From Chloroflexaceae bacterium (GTDB lineage: Bacteria; Chloroflexota; Chloroflexia; Chloroflexales; Chloroflexaceae): DNA of 32,900 nt. Under the pieces are notes generated by a model. That model saw nothing but the letters and a program-made list of their open reading frames with translations, did not search any database and had not been told where the DNA came from. The position numbers were made by a program, and so were the translations under genes. Position 1 is the first letter of the stretch; each line of letters opens with the position of its first letter. This document shows, piece after piece, positions 1 to 8,024 of the stretch. Location: assembly GCA_026417815.1 (NCBI GenBank), contig JAOACN010000408.1, positions 1 to 32,900 on the forward strand, read 5' to 3'.

Positions 1-1037
1 TGGTTACAGGCGACCATCCTGCCACGGCGCTGGCCATTGCCCGCGACCTGGGCATCGCCAGCGAACCCGACGACCTGGTAGTGGGCCGTGACCTGCCCCA
101 CGTGCAAAGCGGCAGCGCAGCGGACTTTCTGGAGCGCACCCGCGGCGTCCACGTCTTCGCGCGGGTTACGCCGTTGCAGAAGTTGCACATCGTCGAGGCC
201 CTGCGGGCGCAGGGGCACTTCGTGGCCGTCACCGGCGACGGGGTGAACGACGCGCCGGCGCTACGGGCCGCCAACATCGGCGTGGCCATGGGATCGGGCA
301 CCGACATTGCCAAAGACACCGCCGACATCATCGTCACCGACGACAATTTCGCCTCGATCGTCCATGGCGTGGAGGAGGGGCGCTACGCCTACGCCAACGT
401 GCGCAAGGTCATTCTGCTGCTGGTATCTACCGGCGCGGCAGAGGTGCTGCTCTTCCTGCTGGCGGTGGCCCTCGATTTCCCCCTGCCCCTCATCGCCGTG
501 CAGATCCTCTGGCTCAACCTGGTCACCAACGGCATCCAACACATCGCCCTCTCCTTTGAGGCGGGAGAGAAAGGGCTGATGCGCCGGCCTCCCCGGCGGC
601 CCGAAGAGGGCATCTTCAACCGGCGCATGGTCGAGCAGGTCGTGCTCTCCGGCCTGACGATCGGGCTGATCGGCTTCGGGGTCTGGATCTATCTGCTCAA
701 CGCGGGGTGGGAGGAAGAGGCGGCGCGCAATCTGCTCCTGCTGCTGATCGTCCTGTTTCAGAACTACCACGTCTTCAACTGTCGCTCGGAGTACGTCTCG
801 GCGTTCCGTATGCCCTTCCGCAACAACCCCTTCGCCTTCGTGGCGGTGATCGCGGCCCTGGGGTTGCACACGCTGGTGATGCACGTGCCCTTTATGCAGT
901 CACTGCTGCGCATCGCTCCGGTTACCCCGGAGCAATTCCTGATCCTCGCCGCCCTCGCTGGCGCCATTCTGGTGATCATGGAACTGTACAAGCTCGTCCG
1001 GCGCGAACCGGCGCTGGCGCTGAAGGGAGTGTCGTAA
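1..1037 (+). CDS. P-type cation-transporting ATPase, C-terminal portion (5' end lies outside the window)
   Basis: Frame 3 is open from nt 3 (VTGDHPATALAIARDLGI...) into ORF 81..1037. It has the hinge motif VTGDGVNDAPAL and TDDNFASIV, followed by several hydrophobic helices (M5-M10-like). This is typical of type II (Ca2+/Mg2+-like) P-type ATPases. Confidence 0.9.
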   Translation, partial: VTGDHPATALAIARDLGIASEPDDLVVGRDLPHVQSGSAADFLERTRGVHVFARVTPLQKLHIVEALRAQGHFVAVTGDGVNDAPALRAANIGVAMGSGTDIAKDTADIIVTDDNFASIVHGVEEGRYAYANVRKVILLLVSTGAAEVLLFLLAVALDFPLPLIAVQILWLNLVTNGIQHIALSFEAGEKGLMRRPPRRPEEGIFNRRMVEQVVLSGLTIGLIGFGVWIYLLNAGWEEEAARNLLLLLIVLFQNYHVFNCRSEYVSAFRMPFRNNPFAFVAVIAALGLHTLVMHVPFMQSLLRIAPVTPEQFLILAALAGAILVIMELYKLVRREPALALKGVS

Positions 1038-1098
1038 CCAGAATCCCTTTTCCTTCGGAGGGGCTTCGCCGTTCCGAGCTTCTCTCCAACCTCCGGCA

Positions 1099-1131
1099 GG
1101 GGCGTAGGGAAACCAGGTTTCCCCACGCCCC
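1099..1131. repeat. REP-like palindrome, family A (GGGGCGTAGGGAAACC-a-GGTTTCCCCACGCCCC), between convergent genes
   Basis: Near-perfect 16-nt inverted arms read directly from the sequence. The core GGGAAACCnGGTTTCCCC recurs at 6004-6026, 6086-6114, 11695-11717, 3415-3441 and 32613-32630. It sits between the ATPase stop (1037) and the ackA stop (1152). No U-tract follows. Confidence 0.7.
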
Positions 1132-1151
1132 TGCCCGCGGCGCCAGCCCCC

Positions 1152-2345
1152 TCAGCGCCCGTGCAGGGCGCTGACCGTATGACGGGCGATCATCTGCTCC
1201 TCGTCGGTGGGGATTACCCACACCGATACCCGGCTGTCGGGGGTGGTGATGCACGGCCCGCGGCCCTCGTTGGCGGCGGGGTCGAGTTGCACGCCCAGCC
1301 AGGCCAGGCCCCGGCAGACCCGCTCGCGGATCGGGGCGCTGTTCTCCCCGATGCCGGCCGTAAAGACCATGGCATCAAGGCCGCCCAGGGCCGCGGCCAG
1401 GGCGCCCGTTTCGCGGATGATGCGGTAGACGAAGTAGTCAACCGCCAGCGCGGCGCGCGGGTCGCTGCTGGCGAGGAGGGTGCGCATGTCGTTGCTGATC
1501 CCCGACAGGCCGAGGAGACCGGAACGCTTGTAGAGCAGGTCCTCGATCTGTTTGGCGCCCATCCCCTTTTCCTGCATCAGGTAGAGCAACACCCCCGGGT
1601 CGATCTGCCCGCAGCGGGTGCCCATCGGCAGCCCGTCGAGCGCCGTGAAGCCCATGGTGCTCTCGACGCTGCGGCCCTGGTGGATGGCGCACATGCTGGC
1701 GCCATTGCCCAGGTGGGCCACGATAACCCGACCGTCGGCGATCTGCGGCGCGACGTCGCGGAGCGCCTGGGCGATGTACTCGTAGGACAGACCGTGAAAA
1801 CCGTAGCGCCGCACCCCCTCGGCGTAGAACTCCTCGGGGAGAGCGAAGCGTTCCACCACCGCGGTGTGGGTACGATGGAAGGCCGTATCAAAACAGGCCA
1901 CGTTGGGCACGCCGGGCAGAAACTCCATCGTCGCGCTGATGCCCGCCAGGTTGGCGGGTTGGTGCAGCGGCGCCAGGGGCACGAAGGTTTCGAGAGTCGC
2001 CAGTATCGTCTCGTCCACCACCACGGGGGCGCTGTAGAGCGTGCCGCCGTGCACCACGCGGTGCCCGATCCCCAGCAGACCATCCTCGGGCAACTGCGGA
2101 TCGAGGTAGGCCGCCAGCCGTTCCAGAGCATAGGCATGCCCACGCCCCGCCGGGCGCACCGCCCAGGCGTCTTCGTGCACCGTCGCCCCGGTCCGGTCCT
2201 CGACCTTGAAGCGCGGCTGGGTGCCGATGCCTTCGATCTGCCCCTTGAAACGAACCGTGACACTGGCCGCATCGGCAGCGTAGTCGTACACCGTGAACTT
2301 GATACTCGAGGATCCGGCATTCAGTACGAGAATCGCTCTGGTCAC
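1152..2345 (-). CDS. ackA: acetate kinase
   Basis: 397-aa ORF. The N-terminus ILVLNAGSSSIKF and later motifs (HRVVHGG, FDTAFH, YGFHGLSY, IVAHLGNGAS, VFTAGIGENS) are hallmark acetate/propionate kinase signatures. GTG start with GAGGAGG 6 nt upstream. Lies immediately downstream of pta. Confidence 0.93.
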   Translation of the reverse strand: MTRAILVLNAGSSSIKFTVYDYAADAASVTVRFKGQIEGIGTQPRFKVEDRTGATVHEDAWAVRPAGRGHAYALERLAAYLDPQLPEDGLLGIGHRVVHGGTLYSAPVVVDETILATLETFVPLAPLHQPANLAGISATMEFLPGVPNVACFDTAFHRTHTAVVERFALPEEFYAEGVRRYGFHGLSYEYIAQALRDVAPQIADGRVIVAHLGNGASMCAIHQGRSVESTMGFTALDGLPMGTRCGQIDPGVLLYLMQEKGMGAKQIEDLLYKRSGLLGLSGISNDMRTLLASSDPRAALAVDYFVYRIIRETGALAAALGGLDAMVFTAGIGENSAPIRERVCRGLAWLGVQLDPAANEGRGPCITTPDSRVSVWVIPTDEEQMIARHTVSALHGR

Positions 2346-2381
2346 GCGGCGCCTCCTCTCGGCTCATAGAGGCGGATCGAA

Positions 2382-3359
2382 TTACGCTGCCGCGGCGGCC
2401 TGGGCGCTCTTGCGAGCGTGGACCAGCAGCACCGCGAGGGCGCACGAGGCCAGCCGGGCGCGCACGCTGTCGGCGCGGCTGGTGAGGATGATCGGCACGC
2501 GCGCGCCGAGCACGATCCCCGCCGCCTCGGCCCGGGTGAGGAACGTCAGTTGCTTGGCCAGGATATTGCCCGCTTCAAGATCGGGCACCACCAGAATGTC
2601 GGCCTGCCCGGCCACTGGCGAACGGATGCCCTTGGCCCTTGCCGCCTCCACGCTGATGGCGTTATCGAAGGCCAGCGGGCCATCGAGAATGCCGCCGGTG
2701 ATCTGCCCACGGTCGGCCATCTTGCACAGCGCGGCGGCGTCAATCGTGGACTGCATGGCCGGGTTAACCGTTTCAACCGCGGCCAGAATGGCGACCTTCG
2801 GTTCGGGGATGTTGAGGGCCAGGGCCAGGTCGATCGCGTTCTGCACGATGTCACGCTTGGCCATCAGATCGGGGGCCACGTTGACCGCCCCGTCGGTGAC
2901 GATCAGCGGCTTGGGGTAGGTGGGCACGTCCATCACGAAGCAGTGGCTGATGCGCCGCCCGGTACGCAGCCCGGTGGTGCTGTTGACCACCTCGGCCAGC
3001 AACTCATCCGTGTGGAGGCTGCCTTTCATCAGCGCCTCGGCCTCCCCGGCCCGCACCAGGGCCACGGCCTTGGCCGCCGCCTCGTGGCTGTGGGCGGCGT
3101 CCACGATCGGGAAGGGCGTCAGATCCAGCCCCTCGCGCTCGGCCACGGCGCGGATCTTCGCCTGCGGACCAACCAGAACCGGCTTGATCAGCCCTTCTCG
3201 CGCCGCATCCACCGCGGCCGTCAGCGAGGCGTCATCACAGGGGTGGGCCACCGCCACGATGATCGGCTCCCGCTCCCTGGCCGCGTCCATCAGCATTTTG
3301 TAGCCGTCGAACTGGTTATCGCCCAGCACCGCGGCCGGGTTGGTGTGTTCGGTTGACAT
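2382..3359 (-). CDS. pta: phosphate acetyltransferase (short form, PTA_PTB family)
   Basis: 325-aa ORF with PTA_PTB-type sequence (VAVAHPCDD..., GPQAKI, DGAVNVAP, GQADILVVPDLEAGNILAK). ATG at 3359. Only 36 nt upstream of ackA on the same strand, the classic pta-ackA pair. Confidence 0.9.
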   Translation of the reverse strand: MSTEHTNPAAVLGDNQFDGYKMLMDAAREREPIIVAVAHPCDDASLTAAVDAAREGLIKPVLVGPQAKIRAVAEREGLDLTPFPIVDAAHSHEAAAKAVALVRAGEAEALMKGSLHTDELLAEVVNSTTGLRTGRRISHCFVMDVPTYPKPLIVTDGAVNVAPDLMAKRDIVQNAIDLALALNIPEPKVAILAAVETVNPAMQSTIDAAALCKMADRGQITGGILDGPLAFDNAISVEAARAKGIRSPVAGQADILVVPDLEAGNILAKQLTFLTRAEAAGIVLGARVPIILTSRADSVRARLASCALAVLLVHARKSAQAAAAA

Positions 3360-3383
3360 CGTTCCGCTCCTCTCCTCTGTTGC

Positions 3384-3441
3384 GGGGAGGGCGAAACCCT
3401 CCCCTCAGGCATGGGTGCGGGGCAACCGGGTGTCCCCACAC
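3384..3441. repeat. Composite REP-like element: family B-like hairpin (GGGGAGGG-cgaaa-CCCTCCCC, 3384-3404) plus family A-like hairpin (3415-3441)
   Basis: Perfect 8-bp stem at 3384-3404 and an imperfect palindrome GTGCGGGGCAACC-ggg-TGTCCCCACAC. Located in the divergent pta/aminotransferase intergenic region. Confidence 0.65.
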
Positions 3442-3632
3442 CCTTCCCGCTGGCAGGTGGAATCATGGACGTATTGCCGCAGCATGTCAAACGACGGAAC
3501 GAAACAGCCCCGGGTCACGCGGGCCACCAGATGTCCCGCGCCCAATCCAAAAGCCAGAAATCCCAAATCCACCCTTGTGGTACCATACAGGGCGCCAGTC
3601 TGCCCGTAGAATAAGCGCCGCAGGAGCCTGTG

Positions 3633-4817
3633 ATGAGCCATGTTCGCGTCGCCGCCCGCGTCAGCGGCTTCGGCACCTCGATTTTCGCCGAGATCAGCGC
3701 CCTGGCCCTCGAGTGCGGGGCAGTGAACCTGGGCCAGGGGTTCCCCGACTTTGCCGGCCCGGCCTGGGTGAAGCAAGCCGCCGCCGAGGCCATTGCCGCC
3801 GACATGAACCAGTACGCCCCCTACCAGGGTCTTCCACGGTTGCGCGAGGCCATCGCCGCAACCTGGCGCGCCCAGGGCTGGCGCGAACCCGACCCGGCCC
3901 ACGAGGTGACGGTCACCAGCGGCGCGACCGAGGCCCTGTTCGCGGCGATGCAGGCGCTGATCGATCCCGGCGATGAGGTGATCGTCTTCGAGCCATTCTA
4001 CGATGCCTACGTGCCCGATATTACCATGGCCGGAGGCGCGCCGCGCCTGGTGCGCCTGCACCCTCCCGCGCCCGGCGCGCCCGCCTGGCGCTTCGACCCC
4101 GATGAACTGCGCGCCGCCTTCGGACCCCGCACGCGGTTGCTGCTACTCAACACGCCCCACAACCCGACCGGCAAGGTCTTCAGCCGCGCCGAACTGGAAC
4201 TGATCGCCGCCCTGTGTATTGAACACGACGTCCTGGTCGTCACTGACGAGGTGTACGATCAACTGGTCTTCGACGGCGCCAGGCACCTGCCGATCGCCAC
4301 CCTGCCAGGTATGTGGGAACGCACGCTGACGATCAACTCCACCGGTAAAACCTTCAGCGTCACAGGGTGGAAGATCGGCTATGCGGTGGGACCGGCCTGG
4401 CTCAACCAGGCGTTGCGCTCCGCCCACCAGTGGGTGACCTTTGCCACCGCCACGCCGCTGCAGGTTGCCGCGGCCGCGGCCCTGGAGAGCGCCCTGACCA
4501 ACGGCTACTACGCCCAGTTCCGCGCCGAGTACGCCCGGCGCTACCAGGTGTTGCGCGCCATTCTGGACAGCGCCGGCCTGCCCACGCTACCGACCGAGGG
4601 CAGTTACTTCATCATGGTTGACATCAGCCGGACGGGGTTCGGGAGCGATGCTGAGTTCTGCCGCTGGCTCACCCGCGAGGTCGGCGTGGCGGCCATTCCA
4701 CCCTCGGCCTTCTATGCTGACCCGGCCTCGGCGCCCCTGCTGGCGCGCTTCTGCTTCGCCAAGCGCCTGGAGACGTTGCAGGCCGCGGGCGAGCGCCTGG
4801 GGCGCCTGGGGGCGTAA
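3633..4817 (+). CDS. pyridoxal-phosphate-dependent aminotransferase, class I/II (YbdL / kynurenine-methionine aminotransferase-like)
   Basis: Motifs NLGQGFPDF, LLLNTPHNPTGKVF and NSTGKTFSVTGWKIGY (PLP-lysine region). AGGAG at 3622-3626 lies 6 nt before the ATG at 3633. The track ORF starts 3 nt earlier at a GTG. Confidence 0.9.
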   Translation: MSHVRVAARVSGFGTSIFAEISALALECGAVNLGQGFPDFAGPAWVKQAAAEAIAADMNQYAPYQGLPRLREAIAATWRAQGWREPDPAHEVTVTSGATEALFAAMQALIDPGDEVIVFEPFYDAYVPDITMAGGAPRLVRLHPPAPGAPAWRFDPDELRAAFGPRTRLLLLNTPHNPTGKVFSRAELELIAALCIEHDVLVVTDEVYDQLVFDGARHLPIATLPGMWERTLTINSTGKTFSVTGWKIGYAVGPAWLNQALRSAHQWVTFATATPLQVAAAAALESALTNGYYAQFRAEYARRYQVLRAILDSAGLPTLPTEGSYFIMVDISRTGFGSDAEFCRWLTREVGVAAIPPSAFYADPASAPLLARFCFAKRLETLQAAGERLGRLGA

Positions 4818-4854
4818 GGCCGAAGCATCGGTTGTGCCGATGCTTCGGCCTTAC
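4814..4854. repeat. Palindromic element, family D (GTAAGGCCGAAGCATCGG-ttgtg-CCGATGCTTCGGCCTTAC); possible bidirectional terminator or stabiliser
   Basis: Perfect 18-bp stem. The aminotransferase TAA stop (4815-4817) lies inside the left arm. Located between convergent genes. A second copy at 26176-26216 carries a compensatory C/G to T/A change. No U-tract. Confidence 0.7.
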
Positions 4855-4867
4855 ATTGCAGGACAGG

Positions 4868-5911
4868 TCATCGCGCCGTCTGCGACGAGACCTGGCTCAT
4901 TGCGGCGAGCTGGCGGGCCTGACCGGCGAGGCCGGCCTGGGCGCGTTCAATGTAGGCGCGGGCTTCCTGGAAGCGCTGGGCGGCGCGGTTGGCATTGGCG
5001 ACGTCGTAGCCGCTGTAGAACTCCAGTAACGCATCGAGGCCGGCGAGTTGCAACTCCAGGCCCCGGCGGTAATCGTCGTGGGCCCGCTGGAGCGTGCCGG
5101 GCGGGCGCAACTGGCCCATGGCGGCCATGGCCGCCTCGACCGAGGCGCGCAGCCGTTGCGTGGCGGCCACGTGCCCTACCGAGGCCCCGCCGGGCCGGCT
5201 GGTGGCCTCGCGGTAGGCGGCGGTCGCGGCGCGCAGGTCGGCCCGCACGGCCTCAAAGGCGGCCAGGTAGCTCACCGTCAGGCCCTCAACGACGGCGAGC
5301 GGTTCGGCTTCGAGGATGGGCGCAATGGTGGGCGTGGCTGGAACAGGTGTGGTCAGGGCCAGGCTAAAGACAGCCTCTTCCGGGACGGACGGCCTTGTCC
5401 AGGCGCGTTGCGTGGTCAGGATCAGGCTCTGGTGCAGCACCAGGGCAACCAGCAGGAGGGCGATGGGAAAGGCCCAGAGCAACAGCCGCGCCCGGCGCGT
5501 CTCACGGAGCGAATGGCGCCAGCCGATCCACCAGGCCGGGTCGGTCCCGCGGCGCTGGTTGAGGGCGGGAGAAGAGGGAGCGGCAGCCGCAGCCAGGCCA
5601 GGGGCCGGGCGGGCCGCGCCGGTGTAGCCCTTGCGTTCGCGGAGAAATTGTAAGCCGCGCCGGGCGTGCTGGTTATGCGGATTGAGCTTGAGCGCCGCCT
5701 CGAGGCAAAAGGCCTGCTCATCGGGGTCCTCAAGCACGCCGCTGAGCCAGAGCCAGGCCAGTTCACAACTCGGGTCGAGTTGCAGCGAACGGGTCAACAA
5801 ACCAGCGGCGATGCGCTTCTGGCCGCTGCGGGCAGCAGCCACGCCCCGCTGGTACAGGCCCTGGGCCTCGCCGATGTTCGCTTTGACCGCCGGCTCGATG
5901 CTGCTGGTCAT
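4868..5911 (-). CDS. TPR-repeat membrane protein of unknown function
   Basis: The N-terminus has TPR-like helices (GLYQRGVAAARSGQKRIAAGLLTRSLQLDP...ELAWLWLSGVL...CLEAALKLNPHNQHARRGL). One TM helix (LLLWAFPIALLLVALVL) is followed by an Ala/Arg-rich helical C-terminal domain. The start is set at Met18 (5911) because the track start at 5962 lies inside a REP element (5953-5979). Confidence 0.7.
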   Translation of the reverse strand: MTSSIEPAVKANIGEAQGLYQRGVAAARSGQKRIAAGLLTRSLQLDPSCELAWLWLSGVLEDPDEQAFCLEAALKLNPHNQHARRGLQFLRERKGYTGAARPAPGLAAAAAPSSPALNQRRGTDPAWWIGWRHSLRETRRARLLLWAFPIALLLVALVLHQSLILTTQRAWTRPSVPEEAVFSLALTTPVPATPTIAPILEAEPLAVVEGLTVSYLAAFEAVRADLRAATAAYREATSRPGGASVGHVAATQRLRASVEAAMAAMGQLRPPGTLQRAHDDYRRGLELQLAGLDALLEFYSGYDVANANRAAQRFQEARAYIERAQAGLAGQARQLAAMSQVSSQTAR

Positions 5912-5952
5912 GGGTCTGAGAGCCTCTCCGGACAACTCCTTCGGGAGGGGCT

Positions 5953-6164
5953 GGGAGGGCAAAGCCCTGCCAGGAACCCGCCTTCCGCGCTCCGTTGGAG
6001 AAGGTGGGGAACTCGGGGTTCCCCACGCCCCTTACAGGAGGGCTGCGCCCTCCCGGCAACCTGCCTTCCACGCTCGGTTCGACGTAAGGTGGGGAACTCC
6101 GGGTTCCCCACCTTACGGGAGGGCTGCGCCCTCCCAGAAGGGCATCGGATACCCCGGGTATCCG
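5953..6164. repeat. Dense cluster of REP-like palindromes (families C, A, B, A, B and a CGGATACCC-c-GGGTATCCG palindrome)
   Basis: GGGAGGGCAAAGCCCTGCCAGGAACCC at 5953-5979. GTGGGGAACTCGGGGTTCCCCAC at 6004-6026. GGAGGGCTGCGCCCTCCC at 6037-6054. AAGGTGGGGAAC-tccgg-GTTCCCCACCTT at 6086-6114. GGGAGGGCTGCGCCCTCCC at 6117-6135. A further palindrome at 6146-6164. The A+B unit is tandemly duplicated, and the cluster fills the GH18-to-TPR intergenic gap. Confidence 0.8.
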
Positions 6165-6173
6165 CACAGGCGC

Positions 6174-7439
6174 CTAATGGTCCGGCAACAGCGGATTAAT
6201 CGCCCGTTGCACCAGGGTGGCGTCTTCGACCAGGCTGGCGCGAATGGCGCGCCAGTACTCTGGTTGCTCGTAGCCAAGCTGCCAGATGGCGATGCCGGCA
6301 AGATCCTGGGTCTGGACGGTTTTAATTTTATCGGCCAGGCCAACCTCGGTCATGAACCACACCTCGCGCCAGCCCTGGGGCGAGCGGTACGAGAAGGTGC
6401 TTTCTCCGACCCGACCGCGGGCGTCCCGTTCACGGAAGTTCACGGTTACGCCCTGGGTGGCAATAATCTCTTCGAGGGTCTTCCAGGGACGGGCAGTGGC
6501 CGGGCCGCCGGGAGGCCAGTCATAGCCATAGAAATGCACGCCGATCAGCACCTTGGACGGATCAACGACCGAGCGGGCGTACTCGGACACCGATTCGATC
6601 CAGTACGCCGGGGCCACCGGGCCGGGGCCGCTCCCGCGCCAGTGGTAATCGTAGGTCATGATGCGCAGTTGATCAACATGCTTCCCCAGTTCGGCCCAAT
6701 CCTGGAAGCCCCCCAGGCCCCCCCAGTCGCTATCCTTGGCATGCACCGCCACGGTGAGCACCCGGCCGTGGCGGTGCAGGGCCGCGGCCAGTTCGGCGAT
6801 AAAGGCTGAGAAATCCCCGCGCAGGGATGGATCGAGACCCTCGTAGTCAATGTCGATCCCGTCATAGCCACGGGCCAGCACCTCATCGAGGATGTTCTGC
6901 ACATGGCGCGCGCGGATCTGCGGATTGCGCAGGACTCCCACGACAGAGTTCGGGTTCGCGGTCACGTTGTGGATCGAGGGAATAATGCGGACGTTATGCT
7001 CGTGGGCGATGCGCACCAGATCGTCATTGCGGGCGCCGTAGATCCGCCCGCTGGCATCGGTGGAGTACCAGAAGGGGCTAATATCGTCAATAATGTCGGC
7101 ATTGGCGAAAAACGACTCGCGCGCCCCGCCCTCGAAAAGGGGAGGCAACCAGACCACGATATAGCGCCCGCTCTTGGGATGGTAACTGACCGGACCGGCC
7201 TGGGGATCGGCGACGGTGGGAACCGGGGTTGGCGGCACCGGGGTTGGCAGCACGATGCGGAGCGGCGGTGCGGGCGTGGTGGTGGGGACGACCTGCGCGG
7301 TGGCGGCGGCAGCAGCTTGAACCTCTGGCAACCGCCGGGCGAGGCGGAGGGTCTCAGCGATCAGAAAGCCGGCAACCAGCAGCGCAACAACGTACAGCGC
7401 GCCGAGGATGAGAGCGCCGAAGGGAGGCGGGCGTCGCAT
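6174..7439 (-). CDS. glycoside hydrolase family 18 protein (chitinase / peptidoglycan-hydrolase-like), N-terminally membrane anchored
   Basis: GH18 catalytic motif DGIDIDYE (coded around 6842-6866). It has an N-terminal TM helix and a Pro/Thr-rich linker. Later motifs MTYDYHW and IAIWQLG fit the GH18 TIM barrel. It starts 2 nt after the upstream zincin-like gene stop. Confidence 0.85.
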   Translation of the reverse strand: MRRPPPFGALILGALYVVALLVAGFLIAETLRLARRLPEVQAAAAATAQVVPTTTPAPPLRIVLPTPVPPTPVPTVADPQAGPVSYHPKSGRYIVVWLPPLFEGGARESFFANADIIDDISPFWYSTDASGRIYGARNDDLVRIAHEHNVRIIPSIHNVTANPNSVVGVLRNPQIRARHVQNILDEVLARGYDGIDIDYEGLDPSLRGDFSAFIAELAAALHRHGRVLTVAVHAKDSDWGGLGGFQDWAELGKHVDQLRIMTYDYHWRGSGPGPVAPAYWIESVSEYARSVVDPSKVLIGVHFYGYDWPPGGPATARPWKTLEEIIATQGVTVNFRERDARGRVGESTFSYRSPQGWREVWFMTEVGLADKIKTVQTQDLAGIAIWQLGYEQPEYWRAIRASLVEDATLVQRAINPLLPDH

Positions 7440-7441
7440 AC

Positions 7442-7807
7442 TCAGTAGGCCCCGAGCTCACGCAGGCGATCATCGCTGATGCCAAAGACGTGGGCGATCT
7501 CGTGGAGCACGGTGCGCCGCACCTGGGCGCGCAGCGCCTCGGCGGTGCGGAAGTCGCGTTCGAGCGGTTCTTGAAAGATCACGATCGTATCGGGCAACAC
7601 CAGCAGATTACTTGCCCGTTCGGTAAGGGGAACGCCGTGGTACATCCCATAGACCGACTGCCAGGGTTTCAAGCCCAGCATCCGACGCTGTTCGCGGGTG
7701 GGTCGGCGCTCCACGATGATCTCGACGTTCTCCAGATAAGCGGCGAACTCGTCGGGCAGGCTGTCAAGGGCCTCGATCACGAGTTGTTCAAAGCTGGCGC
7801 TGTCCAT
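7442..7807 (-). CDS. zincin-like metallopeptidase (Zincin_1 / DUF1025-type)
   Basis: HEIAHVFG (HExxH) lies near the C-terminus, and the family-typical start is FEQLVIEALDSLPDEF...ENVEIIVE. The start is chosen at the internal ATG 7807 because a consensus promoter sits directly in front of it. The track ORF extends to 7867. Confidence 0.8.
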   Translation of the reverse strand: MDSASFEQLVIEALDSLPDEFAAYLENVEIIVERRPTREQRRMLGLKPWQSVYGMYHGVPLTERASNLLVLPDTIVIFQEPLERDFRTAEALRAQVRRTVLHEIAHVFGISDDRLRELGAY

Positions 7808-7843
7808 ACGGGCATTATACGATTCGACGATAACGGGTGTCAA
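7808..7843 (-). promoter_or_regulatory. Consensus sigma-70-type promoter (TTGACA-18 nt-TATAAT) ending 6 nt before the ATG; implies a leaderless mRNA
   Basis: The minus strand reads GAAATGC TTGACA CCCGTTATCGTCGAATCG TATAAT GCCCGT ATG GAC. The -35 is at 7843-7838, the -10 at 7819-7814 and the ATG at 7807-7805. There is no room for a Shine-Dalgarno sequence. Confidence 0.6.
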
Positions 7844-7909
7844 GCATTTCACCTGACGTCCGCGCATGGGCGTCGCTCAATGGCGCACTGGATGGGCTAC
7901 AATGGCAGT

Positions 7910-7940
7910 TTGTGTCGGGCAGGCGAAATCGTGGTAGACT
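7910..7940 (+). promoter_or_regulatory. Candidate promoter for the SLT-like gene (TTGTGT ... TGgTAGACT extended -10)
   Basis: TTGTGT at 7910-7915 and TGG+TAGACT at 7932-7940. The 19-nt spacer is long. A weak match found by eye only. Confidence 0.25.
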
Positions 7941-8024
7941 CGGGACGCGCGCCCTCACGGCATGTGATGGCGCGCCGGGCGCGATGGGGCGCCGGAAGAA
8001 CCGGTGAACCATCCAGGAGAAAGC

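Noticed and set aside
4618-5367. A 249-aa plus-strand ORF extremely rich in Arg/Pro/Gly/Trp
   Set aside because: It overlaps the aminotransferase 3' end out of frame and is antisense to the TPR protein gene. Its composition is typical of non-coding frames in high-GC DNA.
5953-6164. Possible CRISPR array, because of closely spaced repeated GC-rich units (also 9435-9597 and 11650-11994)
   Set aside because: The units are palindromic hairpins of several different families with irregular spacing. There are no unique spacers of constant length, no leader and no cas genes in the window. They fit REP/BIME-like elements instead.
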